A DNA stretch of 52,689 bases from positions 1 through 52,689 of the IMG/VR virus record IMGVR_UViG_3300025322_000532, one strand, 5' to 3'. Below are positions 9,266 to 17,976 of this stretch, in pieces; the stretch's first letter is position 1, and each line of letters starts with the position of its first letter. The notes under the pieces are model-generated. The model searched no databases, was not told the DNA's origin, and saw nothing but the letters and a program-made list of their open reading frames with translations. The stretch comes from a virus (taxonomy: Duplodnaviria > Caudoviricetes). The position numbers and the translations under genes are program-made.

Positions 9266-9624
9266 TTGGTTGAAGTCATATCGGGATTGAGATCCTCTAC
9301 CGTTAGCTGAGTGATACCTACTGTTTCTTTCGCGTAGTCGAAACACTTTCGCTGGAAATAGAAGAGCACTTCAAGAGCAAAATCGACCGCGTATTGATCC
9401 CATCCGAATCGAGCCACGAAATCTTCGTGGCGGCCTAGTTCTATATATCGAGTAAAACCAACGAAGTTTGGGATTGGACCGCTATCTACAGTGCATCTAT
9501 ATTGCGCGTCCCAAATCTCAAGGATTAGGTCTATTTTCCAAGTCTTATCAGTCGCAATATCGAGTAGCTTTTTGATATTGATTCCAACTGCTTGGCAATG
9601 GACTGCAAATTCTTTTTCGTTCAT
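9262..9624 (-). CDS. Hypothetical protein (AT-richer than flanks)
   Basis: 120-aa ORF whose stop overlaps the kinase start; visibly lower GC. Confidence 0.6.
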   Translation of the reverse strand: MNEKEFAVHCQAVGINIKKLLDIATDKTWKIDLILEIWDAQYRCTVDSGPIPNFVGFTRYIELGRHEDFVARFGWDQYAVDFALEVLFYFQRKCFDYAKETVGITQLTVEDLNPDMTSTK

Positions 9625-9657
9625 TACGATACCCCATGAATCCGAAGACTTCGATCC

Positions 9658-10230
9658 TTATAGGCCCTCAGACGGAGGCTTAGAGAATACTTGGCAATTC
9701 GCGGCGAGCCACATTTGAGGACTCGGAATCAGCTGCCAGGCGAGCTTGAGTTTGATCGTCAGGTCCTCGCGGTAGTGCAACCTCCGACCGTCAAACATCG
9801 TGCGCCAATAGTCGGCCCCTTTGAGATGCACATGCCCGTTCCCGGCCTGGCCGGGTGAGGCCGCGCTGAAGATCAGGAGTCCACCTTCAATGACATGATG
9901 GGCAATGTTCGCGACGAAGGTCTCGGCATACATCTCAGGGATGTGTTCGGCGGTCTCCAGGCAGAGGACGTAGGCGAACTGCCGGGCGAGATCCAGGGGG
10001 GTCGCGAGGTCCGTCCGGTAATCTGGGGGCTTGGCGATCTGATCGACTCCAACCGCCTCCACCCCCAAAGACCGGGCGAACTCCACCATCGCCCCGGTCC
10101 CGCTGCCGATGTCGAGGAGGGTCGGCGGGATTCCGAACAACGCAAATATCCCCATAAGCGCCCGGCGGTTCCACGGATCGAACGGCCGCAGTAAATCCAA
10201 CCATTCGTCCTCGGTCGGCTGGTTGCTCAT
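9658..10230 (-). CDS. Class I SAM-dependent methyltransferase (glycan-cluster type)
   Basis: LLDIGSGTG motif I, GVD, LCLETAEHI, FSAASPGQAGNGH. Start at 10230 or 10245. Confidence 0.85.
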   Translation of the reverse strand: MSNQPTEDEWLDLLRPFDPWNRRALMGIFALFGIPPTLLDIGSGTGAMVEFARSLGVEAVGVDQIAKPPDYRTDLATPLDLARQFAYVLCLETAEHIPEMYAETFVANIAHHVIEGGLLIFSAASPGQAGNGHVHLKGADYWRTMFDGRRLHYREDLTIKLKLAWQLIPSPQMWLAANCQVFSKPPSEGL

Positions 10231-10395
10231 ACTCACTTGTCCCACCAGCAGTTCTCATAGCCGGCATCGGCGCCGGTCAGGCGATCCCAGAATTCAACCA
10301 AGAGTTCAAATGGGAGAGAGACCCAAAGACCGAGGCTGTCACGAAGCAGCCTCAAACGTACGCGCAGGGGAATTCGTGGTTCGGGTGATCGTCCC

Positions 10396-10434
10396 AAAAA
10401 GAAGCCCGAGGCGCATTCTAGCACGCCTCGGGCT
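10396..10434 (-). terminator. Intrinsic terminator after the major capsid gene
   Basis: Minus strand AGCCCGAGGCG-TGCTAGAATG-CGCCTCGGGCT followed by TCTTTTT. Confidence 0.85.
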
Positions 10435-10453
10435 GTAGACCACCTACGAGTTT

Positions 10454-11908
10454 CTAGTTCCAGTCGGTGTACAGGCTCGGGGCCGGCCGAGACGTTACGC
10501 CGCCGTCCACGAAGTACGGATCCTCAGGGTGGACGTCCCTCGGGTGCTGCAGAGGCTCGTACCGAACGTTCTGAATCCGGCCCGCAATCTGCGGGGTCCG
10601 GAGCACGATTCTCGGCTCGATCTTGGACTCCCAGACCACGCACCAGTTCACGTTGTCCCAGGTCCAGAGATACATGCCGTCATCGGTCCAGAACTGATTG
10701 GTGAGCCGACCCTGCACCATCGCCTGGGTCGCCCCGGCCCGATAGTCAAAGTGCTGCCAGAAGGTGACGGGAGTCGCGCCCATTGCGGTGAGCGGCACGA
10801 GGTAGACGTCGCTCGCGAACTGGCCGCCGTTGATCGCCGCGGCATCGGCTTCGGTTTCCTCCAGGATGAAATCATCCAGGACCACCGGGACTCGAACCCC
10901 ATCGACCAACAGGTAGTTACCATTCCGCATCGCGTCCCGCAGTGCTACCTGATCGGGGCCGTTGATCACCAGCCGCTCGTTCCCGGTCGTATTGCAGCGG
11001 TAGCTGTAATATTCGCAGGCCCAGATGTCGGTGATCTCCCAGAACAAGGCGGTCCGCATGACCCAGGTCCAGCGCGCCGGATTGAGTCCGGTCGATTGGG
11101 CGATGTGGTTGACGAACCGCCACATGGTCGTCATCACCCGCACGATGTCGGGGCTGGTCGCTGAATCGCTGACCAGGCCGTAGTTGAAGTTCTTGACATC
11201 GGATCTCAGCGAAGGGCAGTCCTGGCCGGTCAGTGCGTCCTGCTTGTTCGTTCCGATCAGAAGATCGAGGCCCTGAAACTCCTCGTAGCCTCCGCCCGCG
11301 CTGTTGTTGGCCGGGGATCCGACGTAAGTCTGACGCCCGAGCCGGTTCGAGAACGCGATCCCGAGCTCCAGCATCCGGGCGAGAACCTCCGCGCCCGCCG
11401 CCAGCTGGGCCTGTCCCGATAGATTCGGGAAGATCGAGGCCCCGAGTTCCGGAGCCAGGGGATCGTTCAGGAGCCGCAGGTCATTGAACTCCCCGCGGCT
11501 GATCAGCTGCCCGATCCGGTTGATCTCGAGCTCCCGGCTCATGAACGAGTAACGCCCAAACGGAGCGGTTTGCAGACAGGTCTTGAGCTGGCCGGCGGTC
11601 TCCGGGTCATCGCAGACATTCACCGGAACGGTCCCGGTCACGTCCTGAAAGCCCGTGATGTAGCCGAACAGCGGGTGAGTGAATTGGCTGGCGAACGTGG
11701 GCAGGATTGCCGCCAATCCATTCGGGGCGATCCGGGTATGGAAGAGGTCACGCTCGACTCCCTCCACTCCGAACAGCCCGCCCGGGCCGTGCATATACGC
11801 CCCGACCGGGGTTCCCGAAGCCGTCACCTTCTGTTGGAAGGAGCCGCCGTTCAGGATGAGCTGCTTCAGGGCTTCGGTGACTTGCTCTTGTGTCGCGTTA
11901 GGGAACAT
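10454..11908 (-). CDS. Major capsid protein (putative, 484 aa)
   Basis: Directly downstream of the protease/scaffold gene, with a GAGG RBS and followed by a strong terminator; size and position are typical. Confidence 0.75.
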   Translation of the reverse strand: MFPNATQEQVTEALKQLILNGGSFQQKVTASGTPVGAYMHGPGGLFGVEGVERDLFHTRIAPNGLAAILPTFASQFTHPLFGYITGFQDVTGTVPVNVCDDPETAGQLKTCLQTAPFGRYSFMSRELEINRIGQLISRGEFNDLRLLNDPLAPELGASIFPNLSGQAQLAAGAEVLARMLELGIAFSNRLGRQTYVGSPANNSAGGGYEEFQGLDLLIGTNKQDALTGQDCPSLRSDVKNFNYGLVSDSATSPDIVRVMTTMWRFVNHIAQSTGLNPARWTWVMRTALFWEITDIWACEYYSYRCNTTGNERLVINGPDQVALRDAMRNGNYLLVDGVRVPVVLDDFILEETEADAAAINGGQFASDVYLVPLTAMGATPVTFWQHFDYRAGATQAMVQGRLTNQFWTDDGMYLWTWDNVNWCVVWESKIEPRIVLRTPQIAGRIQNVRYEPLQHPRDVHPEDPYFVDGGVTSRPAPSLYTDWN

Positions 11909-11947
11909 GAGTCCACCTCATTTCGTTATCGGATTTGGTCGTTCGAT

Positions 11948-14065
11948 TCAACGCGGGATCGCCGCGGCCTCGCTCTGCGGAGGCCCGAAGGTCTCCGTGA
12001 CCCAGGACTGCTTGGACGGCCCGGGCTTGGCCTCGACCAGTTCCTTGTCCTTGGGTTTCTCCTCATCGACCACGGTCTCTTTGGCCTGCGAGAGCCGCCT
12101 CGACCAGATGGGGATGAACTCCTTGACATCCGCCCGCGGCCGGAGGGTCTCGGCCACCTTCTCGTCATCGCTCTTCGCGAGCGCGGTCAGGGCCTTTCCC
12201 ATCGCCAGGATCGTCTGAGACTGGTCCTTCAGGAGTTCACTCAATTCCTTGAGCTCCAGCTTCTGGGCGACCGCGGCCGCGATCTGATCGACGGTGGGGA
12301 CGGCCTTTAGATCTCCAGGTCCGTCACCCACGCCCGCGCCTTCTTCCTCGTCGCCGCCATCATCGGCCAGGCGCTCCAGCGTGTCTGAGAGTTCCTTGTA
12401 CTCCACTCCCAGACTCTCCAGCGCTTTGCCCCGGCCCTCGGTCTCGCCTTCCAGTTTCTTGACTCGTTCCTCGCCGAGGGCCTCGACCAAGAAACCACGT
12501 CGTTCAGGATTGAATCCCATGTCGGCTATCTCCTTCTGTAGAGTTTCGATGTCGGTCCATTCGTTCGCGGCGTGCTCCCTCGGGAGATAGCTGGCCTCGA
12601 ACGTGCGGTACTTCCGGATCACTCCGTTGGTCTTATCGTAATCGAAATTGATTAGGCCGTGGCTCATGGCGAGATCGTGATGGGCCGCGAGTTGGGTGAT
12701 CCGCTCCGCTTCCTTCGCGGTCAGAGGTCCGCTCATCATCAGGAATCCGTCGGCGTAGTCGATCCAGTCCGCCGGCAGATCGTGGGCACCCTCTTTCGTG
12801 TGCCAGGGCCAGAGTTCCGGCATCCGCTTCGGATCCGCGGTAGCCCACTCCACGAATTCCTTGTGCGCGGCCTCGCTCAGGATCTGGCCGCCCAGCTTCG
12901 GCTCGGCCGGCTTGTCCCGATCCCGGAACTTGTTGGAGACCCATCCAAACCAGCGCCAGGAGCCGTCGAGGGCTTTCTCGACCCGGAATCCCGAGGACTT
13001 ACCTTCGGCCGGTGCCCCAATCCCCATCTTCTTGGCCGCGGCCCGGATCTTAGGCAGTGCCTTGCGAGCGATCTCAGCCGACCTCCCGCCGCGGTTGATC
13101 TGCTGGGAAGCCCGGGCCAGCGCATTGCGGACATGAGCCGCATCGTGGATTGGATAATGGCGCAGCGAACGAGGGGCTGTTCGACCGTCCTCATCCCTCT
13201 TTCCGCCTGGCTCAATGTAGGCGAAGTCCGAGTCTGGCAGGTTGTTGATCGAAGCCCGGGTGATCTTTGCCTTCTGCAGAGCCTCTTTGATCCGGGCGAG
13301 GAAGCCGGTTTCCTCGGTACTCTTATCCTCGGGCGGATTCTCGAGCCGGGTCTTCATCTCTTCGCCAAGCGAAACGATGCGGTCGCCCAGTTCACCCGGC
13401 TCACTCTTGGCAAGGACATTCCCGACCAGCATCTCGAAGTCTCCGGTCACGTCCCGGATGGCTCTGGCTTCATGGAGCGCGTCGCGATACGAGTCCAGCT
13501 CATCGAAGGTCGTGGCCCCGTTCGCGGGCAACTCGGGCATGTGAGACATACCCTCACCGGGATCGGGATAATGGATCATCTTGTCGTCAATGACGGTCGT
13601 GAGGGGGCCGGTTGGCGCAACCACATCCTTTGTCATTGTCGTGGTGGGGCGCACGAAACTCATGATGTCGCCGGGATCCGTGACTCGGATCGATTGGCCG
13701 TCGATGTCTTTCCCGGAAAGCGCGGCTGCAATCTCGGCGGCCGCCTGCTCCTGGCTGACACTCTGATCCAGCGGTTCCTCTTCCGCGAGCACTCTCATGT
13801 CCTCTAGGCTCAGGGGTTCGTTGTTCTCCTGCTTCGTCATCGCCCGGTTGAGCCGCCGATCCTCCAACCGCCGCTGCTTGCGCCGCTGCTTCGCGTTCAA
13901 AGCCAACTCCTTATCGATCAGTTCGTCGATGTCTTTGCCTGAGACAATGGACTCATGGCATACCGCAATCGCCCTTGGTTTGGACAGTCCGGACCGCCGC
14001 TGAATGTCCTCGACACAGCGATCCATCTTCGCCCATTGGCTTTTTGGGACGTTTGAGTACGGCAC
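11948..14065 (-). CDS. Head maturation protease/scaffold polyprotein (705 aa)
   Basis: Central LPDSDFAY...YPIHDAAHVRNAL domain. Prohead-protease-like segment GWVSNKFRDRD...LWPWH...MSHG...FEASYLP...AAN. Acidic, coiled C-terminal scaffold region. Confidence 0.65.
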   Translation of the reverse strand: MPYSNVPKSQWAKMDRCVEDIQRRSGLSKPRAIAVCHESIVSGKDIDELIDKELALNAKQRRKQRRLEDRRLNRAMTKQENNEPLSLEDMRVLAEEEPLDQSVSQEQAAAEIAAALSGKDIDGQSIRVTDPGDIMSFVRPTTTMTKDVVAPTGPLTTVIDDKMIHYPDPGEGMSHMPELPANGATTFDELDSYRDALHEARAIRDVTGDFEMLVGNVLAKSEPGELGDRIVSLGEEMKTRLENPPEDKSTEETGFLARIKEALQKAKITRASINNLPDSDFAYIEPGGKRDEDGRTAPRSLRHYPIHDAAHVRNALARASQQINRGGRSAEIARKALPKIRAAAKKMGIGAPAEGKSSGFRVEKALDGSWRWFGWVSNKFRDRDKPAEPKLGGQILSEAAHKEFVEWATADPKRMPELWPWHTKEGAHDLPADWIDYADGFLMMSGPLTAKEAERITQLAAHHDLAMSHGLINFDYDKTNGVIRKYRTFEASYLPREHAANEWTDIETLQKEIADMGFNPERRGFLVEALGEERVKKLEGETEGRGKALESLGVEYKELSDTLERLADDGGDEEEGAGVGDGPGDLKAVPTVDQIAAAVAQKLELKELSELLKDQSQTILAMGKALTALAKSDDEKVAETLRPRADVKEFIPIWSRRLSQAKETVVDEEKPKDKELVEAKPGPSKQSWVTETFGPPQSEAAAIPR

Positions 14066-14073
14066 TTTCGCTG

Positions 14074-14103
14074 ATTGTAGATACTTTCCCCTTTCTACGT
14101 CAA
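14074..14103 (-). promoter_or_regulatory. sigma70-like promoter for the protease-capsid operon
   Basis: TTGACG-18 bp-TACAAT, ending 8 nt before GTG 14065 (near-leaderless). Confidence 0.6.
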
Positions 14104-14595
14104 GCGGAGGGATCGCCGAATCGCGAGCCGGATCAGGTTCTCGTGGTTCTTTTGTCGGCGTCTTGCGATCTCAATATCGAAGTCTCGAGCCTGGGTCCCC
14201 GGATGCTGGACCGCCCGCGCAAACGCCACCGGACCGGAGGCCCCGCCTGCCCTGGAACTGATTATCCGAGGTCGAGTCTTGGCCTTGAAACCAGTCTGGA
14301 ACCGGAGCCTACGCGCTCGCCGGGGCCGGATCAAATGCGGGCGAGTTCCGCGGGTGACGTAGGTATACGCCTCCTGGTTTGTGGAAACCAATACCTCCAA
14401 GTCGGCACCCGTCAACCGCGGTCCCTCCTTGCGGAATGACGGCTTGTGCTCCCAGGTTTTTACCGTCTTCTGAAAGTCATCCCGAATGATATTGCCGGTG
14501 TGATCTAGCGCGTCCTTGAGTTCACGCTGAAGCCGGGCCAGATCGATCAGCTTGGCGACCTTCGGCAGGATCGGAATGAACTTGATGTCAGCCAA
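14095..14595 (-). CDS. Putative neck/head-completion protein (HK97 gp10-like, basic)
   Basis: Y..VTRGTRPHLIRP...LRF...VQHPGT motif typical of this class. The TTG start at 14595 sits just upstream of the previous stop; exact start uncertain. Confidence 0.6.
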   Translation of the reverse strand: MADIKFIPILPKVAKLIDLARLQRELKDALDHTGNIIRDDFQKTVKTWEHKPSFRKEGPRLTGADLEVLVSTNQEAYTYVTRGTRPHLIRPRRARRLRFQTGFKAKTRPRIISSRAGGASGPVAFARAVQHPGTQARDFDIEIARRRQKNHENLIRLAIRRSLRLT

Positions 14596-16261
14596 CGGGA
14601 ACCCACTCGTCTTCCAAGAAGAGCTCAATCTGACAGCGGCAGTTCGAATTGTGGGAAATCAAGCCTTCAACGATGAAGGAATGATCTTCTTCTACCCGGA
14701 GGTCATAGAGCGGAGTGCCTGCCAGTAGTGCTCCAGTGAGCAATACTTGTTGGGGCGTTCCTTCCGAGGTCGTTTCCAGAATTCTTTTCCGCAGATGACG
14801 CAATGATGAGCCATTCGCGTATTTGGCCGGGGATGAAGTCTCGCGTGTTCGGAGCTTGTAAGGAGCTTTAAGTTCTCTAAGCGATCGTCGGTCGGATCGT
14901 GATCGACGTGATGAATAACCATCCCTTTCGGAATAGATCCATGTGCCACCATCCATACCCATTGATAACGGTAGATCGTTCTCCTCTTCGCGCCATCCCA
15001 AAAAAGAGCATATATCCGTCCGTCCAATTTCTTGTTTCGGAAATGTTCCTTCCTTAGATCGTCGAAAGCCCTCCTGCGCTGGATTCCAGCTTGTCGGATA
15101 CCACTCAGGATGCGTTTGCGTTGATTGACGTTCCGCCATTGGAGTTTGGCTTTGCGGGACATGCCGCAGCTCAGACATTCGTCCGCGCGAAAGTCTTTCT
15201 TCTTTCCACAGTGGCAAATCCGAGAACAAGATGTACAGATGTCCGACTGGCGATCCTTGCGATAGCTTGTCCCGCATCGCGTACAGATTTGAGGCATAGT
15301 CTAGAGTATACACCGACAACCGTTTATTGGCTATGTTATCCGTCCTCTGCCAACCGAATTGAGTAAGCCACCGATGATCTGACGTGCAACCGATCCATTC
15401 ACCGCTGGGAGCTAAGAGCCAGGCCTGTCGGTGTATAGGTCTTGAAAAGCTGATGATCGTCTCCAAGACAGTACGCCAACGACCTCGATGAGTAAGAACC
15501 TGATCTCCAATTACCACGTCACGAATTGGTATCTGGCCTCTATTTGTCAGAACGCGGGAATTAGAAGTTGTGATGCAATGGCATTGATCCGAGCCGTCCG
15601 CTGGCAAGCCGCCAGTGAGAGCCAGCATCTCATTCCACGAGCCGTACTCGCGGGCCTTCGGCGGGCAGGTCGCGCAGTGCTGGGCACCGGGATCGAGTAA
15701 TCGCCGCACCGGAACCGTATCCGCTTGCAAGCTCTCACGCATCGATTCCTGAACCCCGAGCCACACCGCGGTCCAGTAGGCCCCGGTATACAACCCGACC
15801 CGGCTCGCCCAGGCCAGGCCGCGGTCATCCGCGAGCTGGCCGAGAGTCAAGCCACCGACTTCGGGATCGCTGAGGTCCGCTCCGATGTAGGGGAGCAAAC
15901 TACTGATCAGGAACCCGGAGTTGAGGTTCAGCGCGGCTGCCAGCGCGACCGCTTGGGCAATCCCGGACCCTGTCCCGAACCCCAGCTTGAACGCGTTCGG
16001 GAATTCTTTGCGGGCCAGCTGATCGAGCTGGACTTCCAGGTCAACCAGCGCGGTGGCGACCGCCGCATCATCGGACAACGAGAGCGCGGAGTAGGCCGCG
16101 ATCCACGCCAAGAGAACGGCAGTCAGCTTCCGACGGTATTCCTCCGTCTCCTCTTCGGCAAGGCCGGGTTCGCCGATCAGTTGCTTCTGCCAAACGTCTG
16201 AGGCTTGTAGTAGTTCTAACGAGGCCTGAATGACCCGCGAAGAATCAGCAATGATCATCAC
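14588..16261 (-). CDS. MuF/gp7-like minor head protein interrupted by an intein (557-aa precursor, ~247 aa spliced)
   Basis: HCATCP...QCH/SNCRC. Splicing restores a CHSNCRC motif resembling the MuF HPNCRC motif. Confidence 0.75.
   Translation of the reverse strand: MMIIADSSRVIQASLELLQASDVWQKQLIGEPGLAEEETEEYRRKLTAVLLAWIAAYSALSLSDDAAVATALVDLEVQLDQLARKEFPNAFKLGFGTGSGIAQAVALAAALNLNSGFLISSLLPYIGADLSDPEVGGLTLGQLADDRGLAWASRVGLYTGAYWTAVWLGVQESMRESLQADTVPVRRLLDPGAQHCATCPPKAREYGSWNEMLALTGGLPADGSDQCHCITTSNSRVLTNRGQIPIRDVVIGDQVLTHRGRWRTVLETIISFSRPIHRQAWLLAPSGEWIGCTSDHRWLTQFGWQRTDNIANKRLSVYTLDYASNLYAMRDKLSQGSPVGHLYILFSDLPLWKEERLSRGRMSELRHVPQSQTPMAERQSTQTHPEWYPTSWNPAQEGFRRSKEGTFPKQEIGRTDICSFLGWREEENDLPLSMGMDGGTWIYSERDGYSSRRSRSDRRSLRELKAPYKLRTRETSSPAKYANGSSLRHLRKRILETTSEGTPQQVLLTGALLAGTPLYDLRVEEDHSFIVEGLISHNSNCRCQIELFLEDEWVPVG
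14692..15297 (-). CDS. HNH homing endonuclease with Zn fingers, nested in the +1 frame inside the intein (201 aa)
   Basis: YRYQWVWMVAHGSIPKGMVIHHVDHDPTDDRLENLKLLTSSEHARLH (HNH_3-type). N-terminal CxxC pairs and C-terminal CVICGKEF...KYCS. Confidence 0.85.
   Translation of the reverse strand: MPQICTRCGTSYRKDRQSDICTSCSRICHCGKKKDFRADECLSCGMSRKAKLQWRNVNQRKRILSGIRQAGIQRRRAFDDLRKEHFRNKKLDGRIYALFWDGAKRRTIYRYQWVWMVAHGSIPKGMVIHHVDHDPTDDRLENLKLLTSSEHARLHPRPNTRMAHHCVICGKEFWKRPRKERPNKYCSLEHYWQALRSMTSG
15305..15333 (-). promoter_or_regulatory. Putative intein-internal promoter for the nested HNH (leaderless)
   Basis: TAGCCA-17 bp-TATACT, ending 7 nt before ATG 15297; no SD sequence. Confidence 0.5.
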
Positions 16262-16617
16262 ATCAGGAGCAGATCTTCCTCGTCCTGCTCCAGTAACCGT
16301 TCCAGCCGTTTCTGTTCAACGGTCTTAAAGTAGCCCCGCCAGTAATCTTTCGCCGACCGTTGATCGCCGGCTTCGGCCTCATTCATCATCGCCGCGGCCC
16401 GGAGCCGCGCCTCGGTTGGCGATAGATTAAGAATCTGTCTGAAGTAGTCGATCCAGAAATCCAGGACATCCCGATGCCAGCGGAAATAACGCCGCCGATC
16501 AATTCCGGGCAGAACGAGAACGCCCCCGGCCACAGCCACAACCTCGGGAGCCGGAACCGGAGGCACCGCGGCGGTCGTCGTGAACGACCAGAGGAGCGAG
16601 CTATCAAGGACATCCAT
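16258..16617 (-). CDS. Hypothetical protein
   Basis: 119-aa ORF overlapping the MuF-like start. Confidence 0.6.
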   Translation of the reverse strand: MDVLDSSLLWSFTTTAAVPPVPAPEVVAVAGGVLVLPGIDRRRYFRWHRDVLDFWIDYFRQILNLSPTEARLRAAAMMNEAEAGDQRSAKDYWRGYFKTVEQKRLERLLEQDEEDLLLM

Positions 16618-16623
16618 TCCACG

Positions 16624-17976
16624 CTAGGCCGGATCGATCGAGGAAACCGGATCGCCCGCCGCCGTAGCAACCGCCGCGGTCCAGTCCACGGTCGCATCAT
16701 CCTCTTCATAGACCGTCAGCGTCCCGGCCGCAATGGCCCGCCGGTTGCGGAGAATCCGTAGCGCTTCCTGAACCGTTCGGCCGCCATCAGCGCCACTGGC
16801 GAGGGATCGAAGCAGAATCCGATCCGCGATCTCTTGGCCCGCGTCGGTCGCCAAGGCATCGGCATCTACGGCGCCCGTAGCAATCACTAGAGCTGTGATG
16901 ATGCCAGCGACCATTGCCCCGACTGAGGAGTCCATGCGGCCTCCAACGAGGGCAGCCGGAATCCGAGTCTGGATGTCATCGGTGTCAGCCTGAACGGTTG
17001 CCAAAGCGGACGCATCGGCTTTGTCCGAGAGTTCAAGTCCTGTGCTTCCAGCTCCCAGATGACCCGCGATCAACTCGTCCCAGACCGCGTCCGCAATTTC
17101 GGCTCCCGCATCCGCAGCCAGCAAAGCCGCGGTCAAGAAGGCCGCATCGAACTGCGCGGTCCCGAGGGCACCAAGCGCGTTATCCAGATCAATCCCGGCC
17201 TCGCCGCCCACCGCCACGTCCAACGTGCGCCCAGCAACGGTAGGTGCAAGTCGTGTCGTAACCGCGGCATCAAGATTTGGAATCTCAGCTGCGCTTAGCG
17301 TACCGCTAGTATTGTCTAGATCAATCCCGGCTTCTCCTGCTACTGTGACATCCAGTGTGCGGCCTGCTACTGTTGGAGCGAGCCGAGAGGTGATAGCCGC
17401 ATCAAGGTTCGGGATTTCTGCCGCGCTCAAGGTACCTACGGTGTTATCCAAATCGAGTCCAGCCTCGCCCGTAGCCGCAATATCAAGCGTCCGTCCAGCG
17501 ACAGTCGGAGCCAGACGGCTTGTAATAGCCGCATCTAAATTCGGGATCTCCGCAACACCGAGTGTCCCAGCCGTATTGTCGAGATCCAGCCCAGCTTCAC
17601 CGGCGGCAGTCACGTCCAGGGTCCGATCTGCGGTCGTCGGACGCAAAGCCGACCGGGCCTCGATGCTGAATTCGGCCACTACGTAACCAACCACAGAACT
17701 CCCGCCCACCGTACCGGTCGTGATCACCAATTGATAGTTCGAGGCCGTGGCAAACCCATTCCCACCAGTCGCTACAACGCGGACATTATGCAGGCCTGTT
17801 ACGCCGTCGAAATCCACAGTCAGCGTAATGCCTGCCGTAATTTGAACCAAGCTGTTGTCCACATAGGCGGAGATCACCGGCGTACCCGCCAGCGTCGTCG
17901 GCACCCCAGAGGTATTCACAGTGGTGAACTTGGTATCGAACGTCTTGCCCAGAGAGAAATCGCCGATGTAGCTCAT
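16624..17976 (-). CDS. Putative virion accessory/fibre protein with 44-aa tandem repeats (450 aa)
   Basis: Ala/Gly/Thr-rich. Repeat unit RLAPTVAGRTLD.....EAGLDLDNT.GTL...EIPNLDAAITS; IADAVWDE motif. Confidence 0.7.
   Translation of the reverse strand: MSYIGDFSLGKTFDTKFTTVNTSGVPTTLAGTPVISAYVDNSLVQITAGITLTVDFDGVTGLHNVRVVATGGNGFATASNYQLVITTGTVGGSSVVGYVVAEFSIEARSALRPTTADRTLDVTAAGEAGLDLDNTAGTLGVAEIPNLDAAITSRLAPTVAGRTLDIAATGEAGLDLDNTVGTLSAAEIPNLDAAITSRLAPTVAGRTLDVTVAGEAGIDLDNTSGTLSAAEIPNLDAAVTTRLAPTVAGRTLDVAVGGEAGIDLDNALGALGTAQFDAAFLTAALLAADAGAEIADAVWDELIAGHLGAGSTGLELSDKADASALATVQADTDDIQTRIPAALVGGRMDSSVGAMVAGIITALVIATGAVDADALATDAGQEIADRILLRSLASGADGGRTVQEALRILRNRRAIAAGTLTVYEEDDATVDWTAAVATAAGDPVSSIDPA
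17150..17652 (-). repeat. ~3.7 copies of a 132-bp (44-codon) coding repeat
   Basis: Clear at the protein level; the DNA copies differ at many synonymous positions. Confidence 0.85.

Larger units (their letters stand above)
14648..15577 (-). mobile_element. Intein (Hint domain), 310 aa, Cys1...His-Asn / Ser+1
   Basis: Block A CITTSNSRVLTNRG, IRDVVIGDQVLTHRGRW, block B GCTSDHRWLT, blocks F/G LYDLRVEEDHSFIVEGLISHN|S. Confidence 0.92.

Noticed and set aside
6658-9346. ORF-track starts at 7713 and 9346
   Set aside because: Family N-terminal motifs and ATGA overlaps place the starts at 7587 and 9265.
10233-10424. 63-aa ORF after the capsid gene
   Set aside because: It begins inside the terminator hairpin; a shorter ORF is possible but unsupported.
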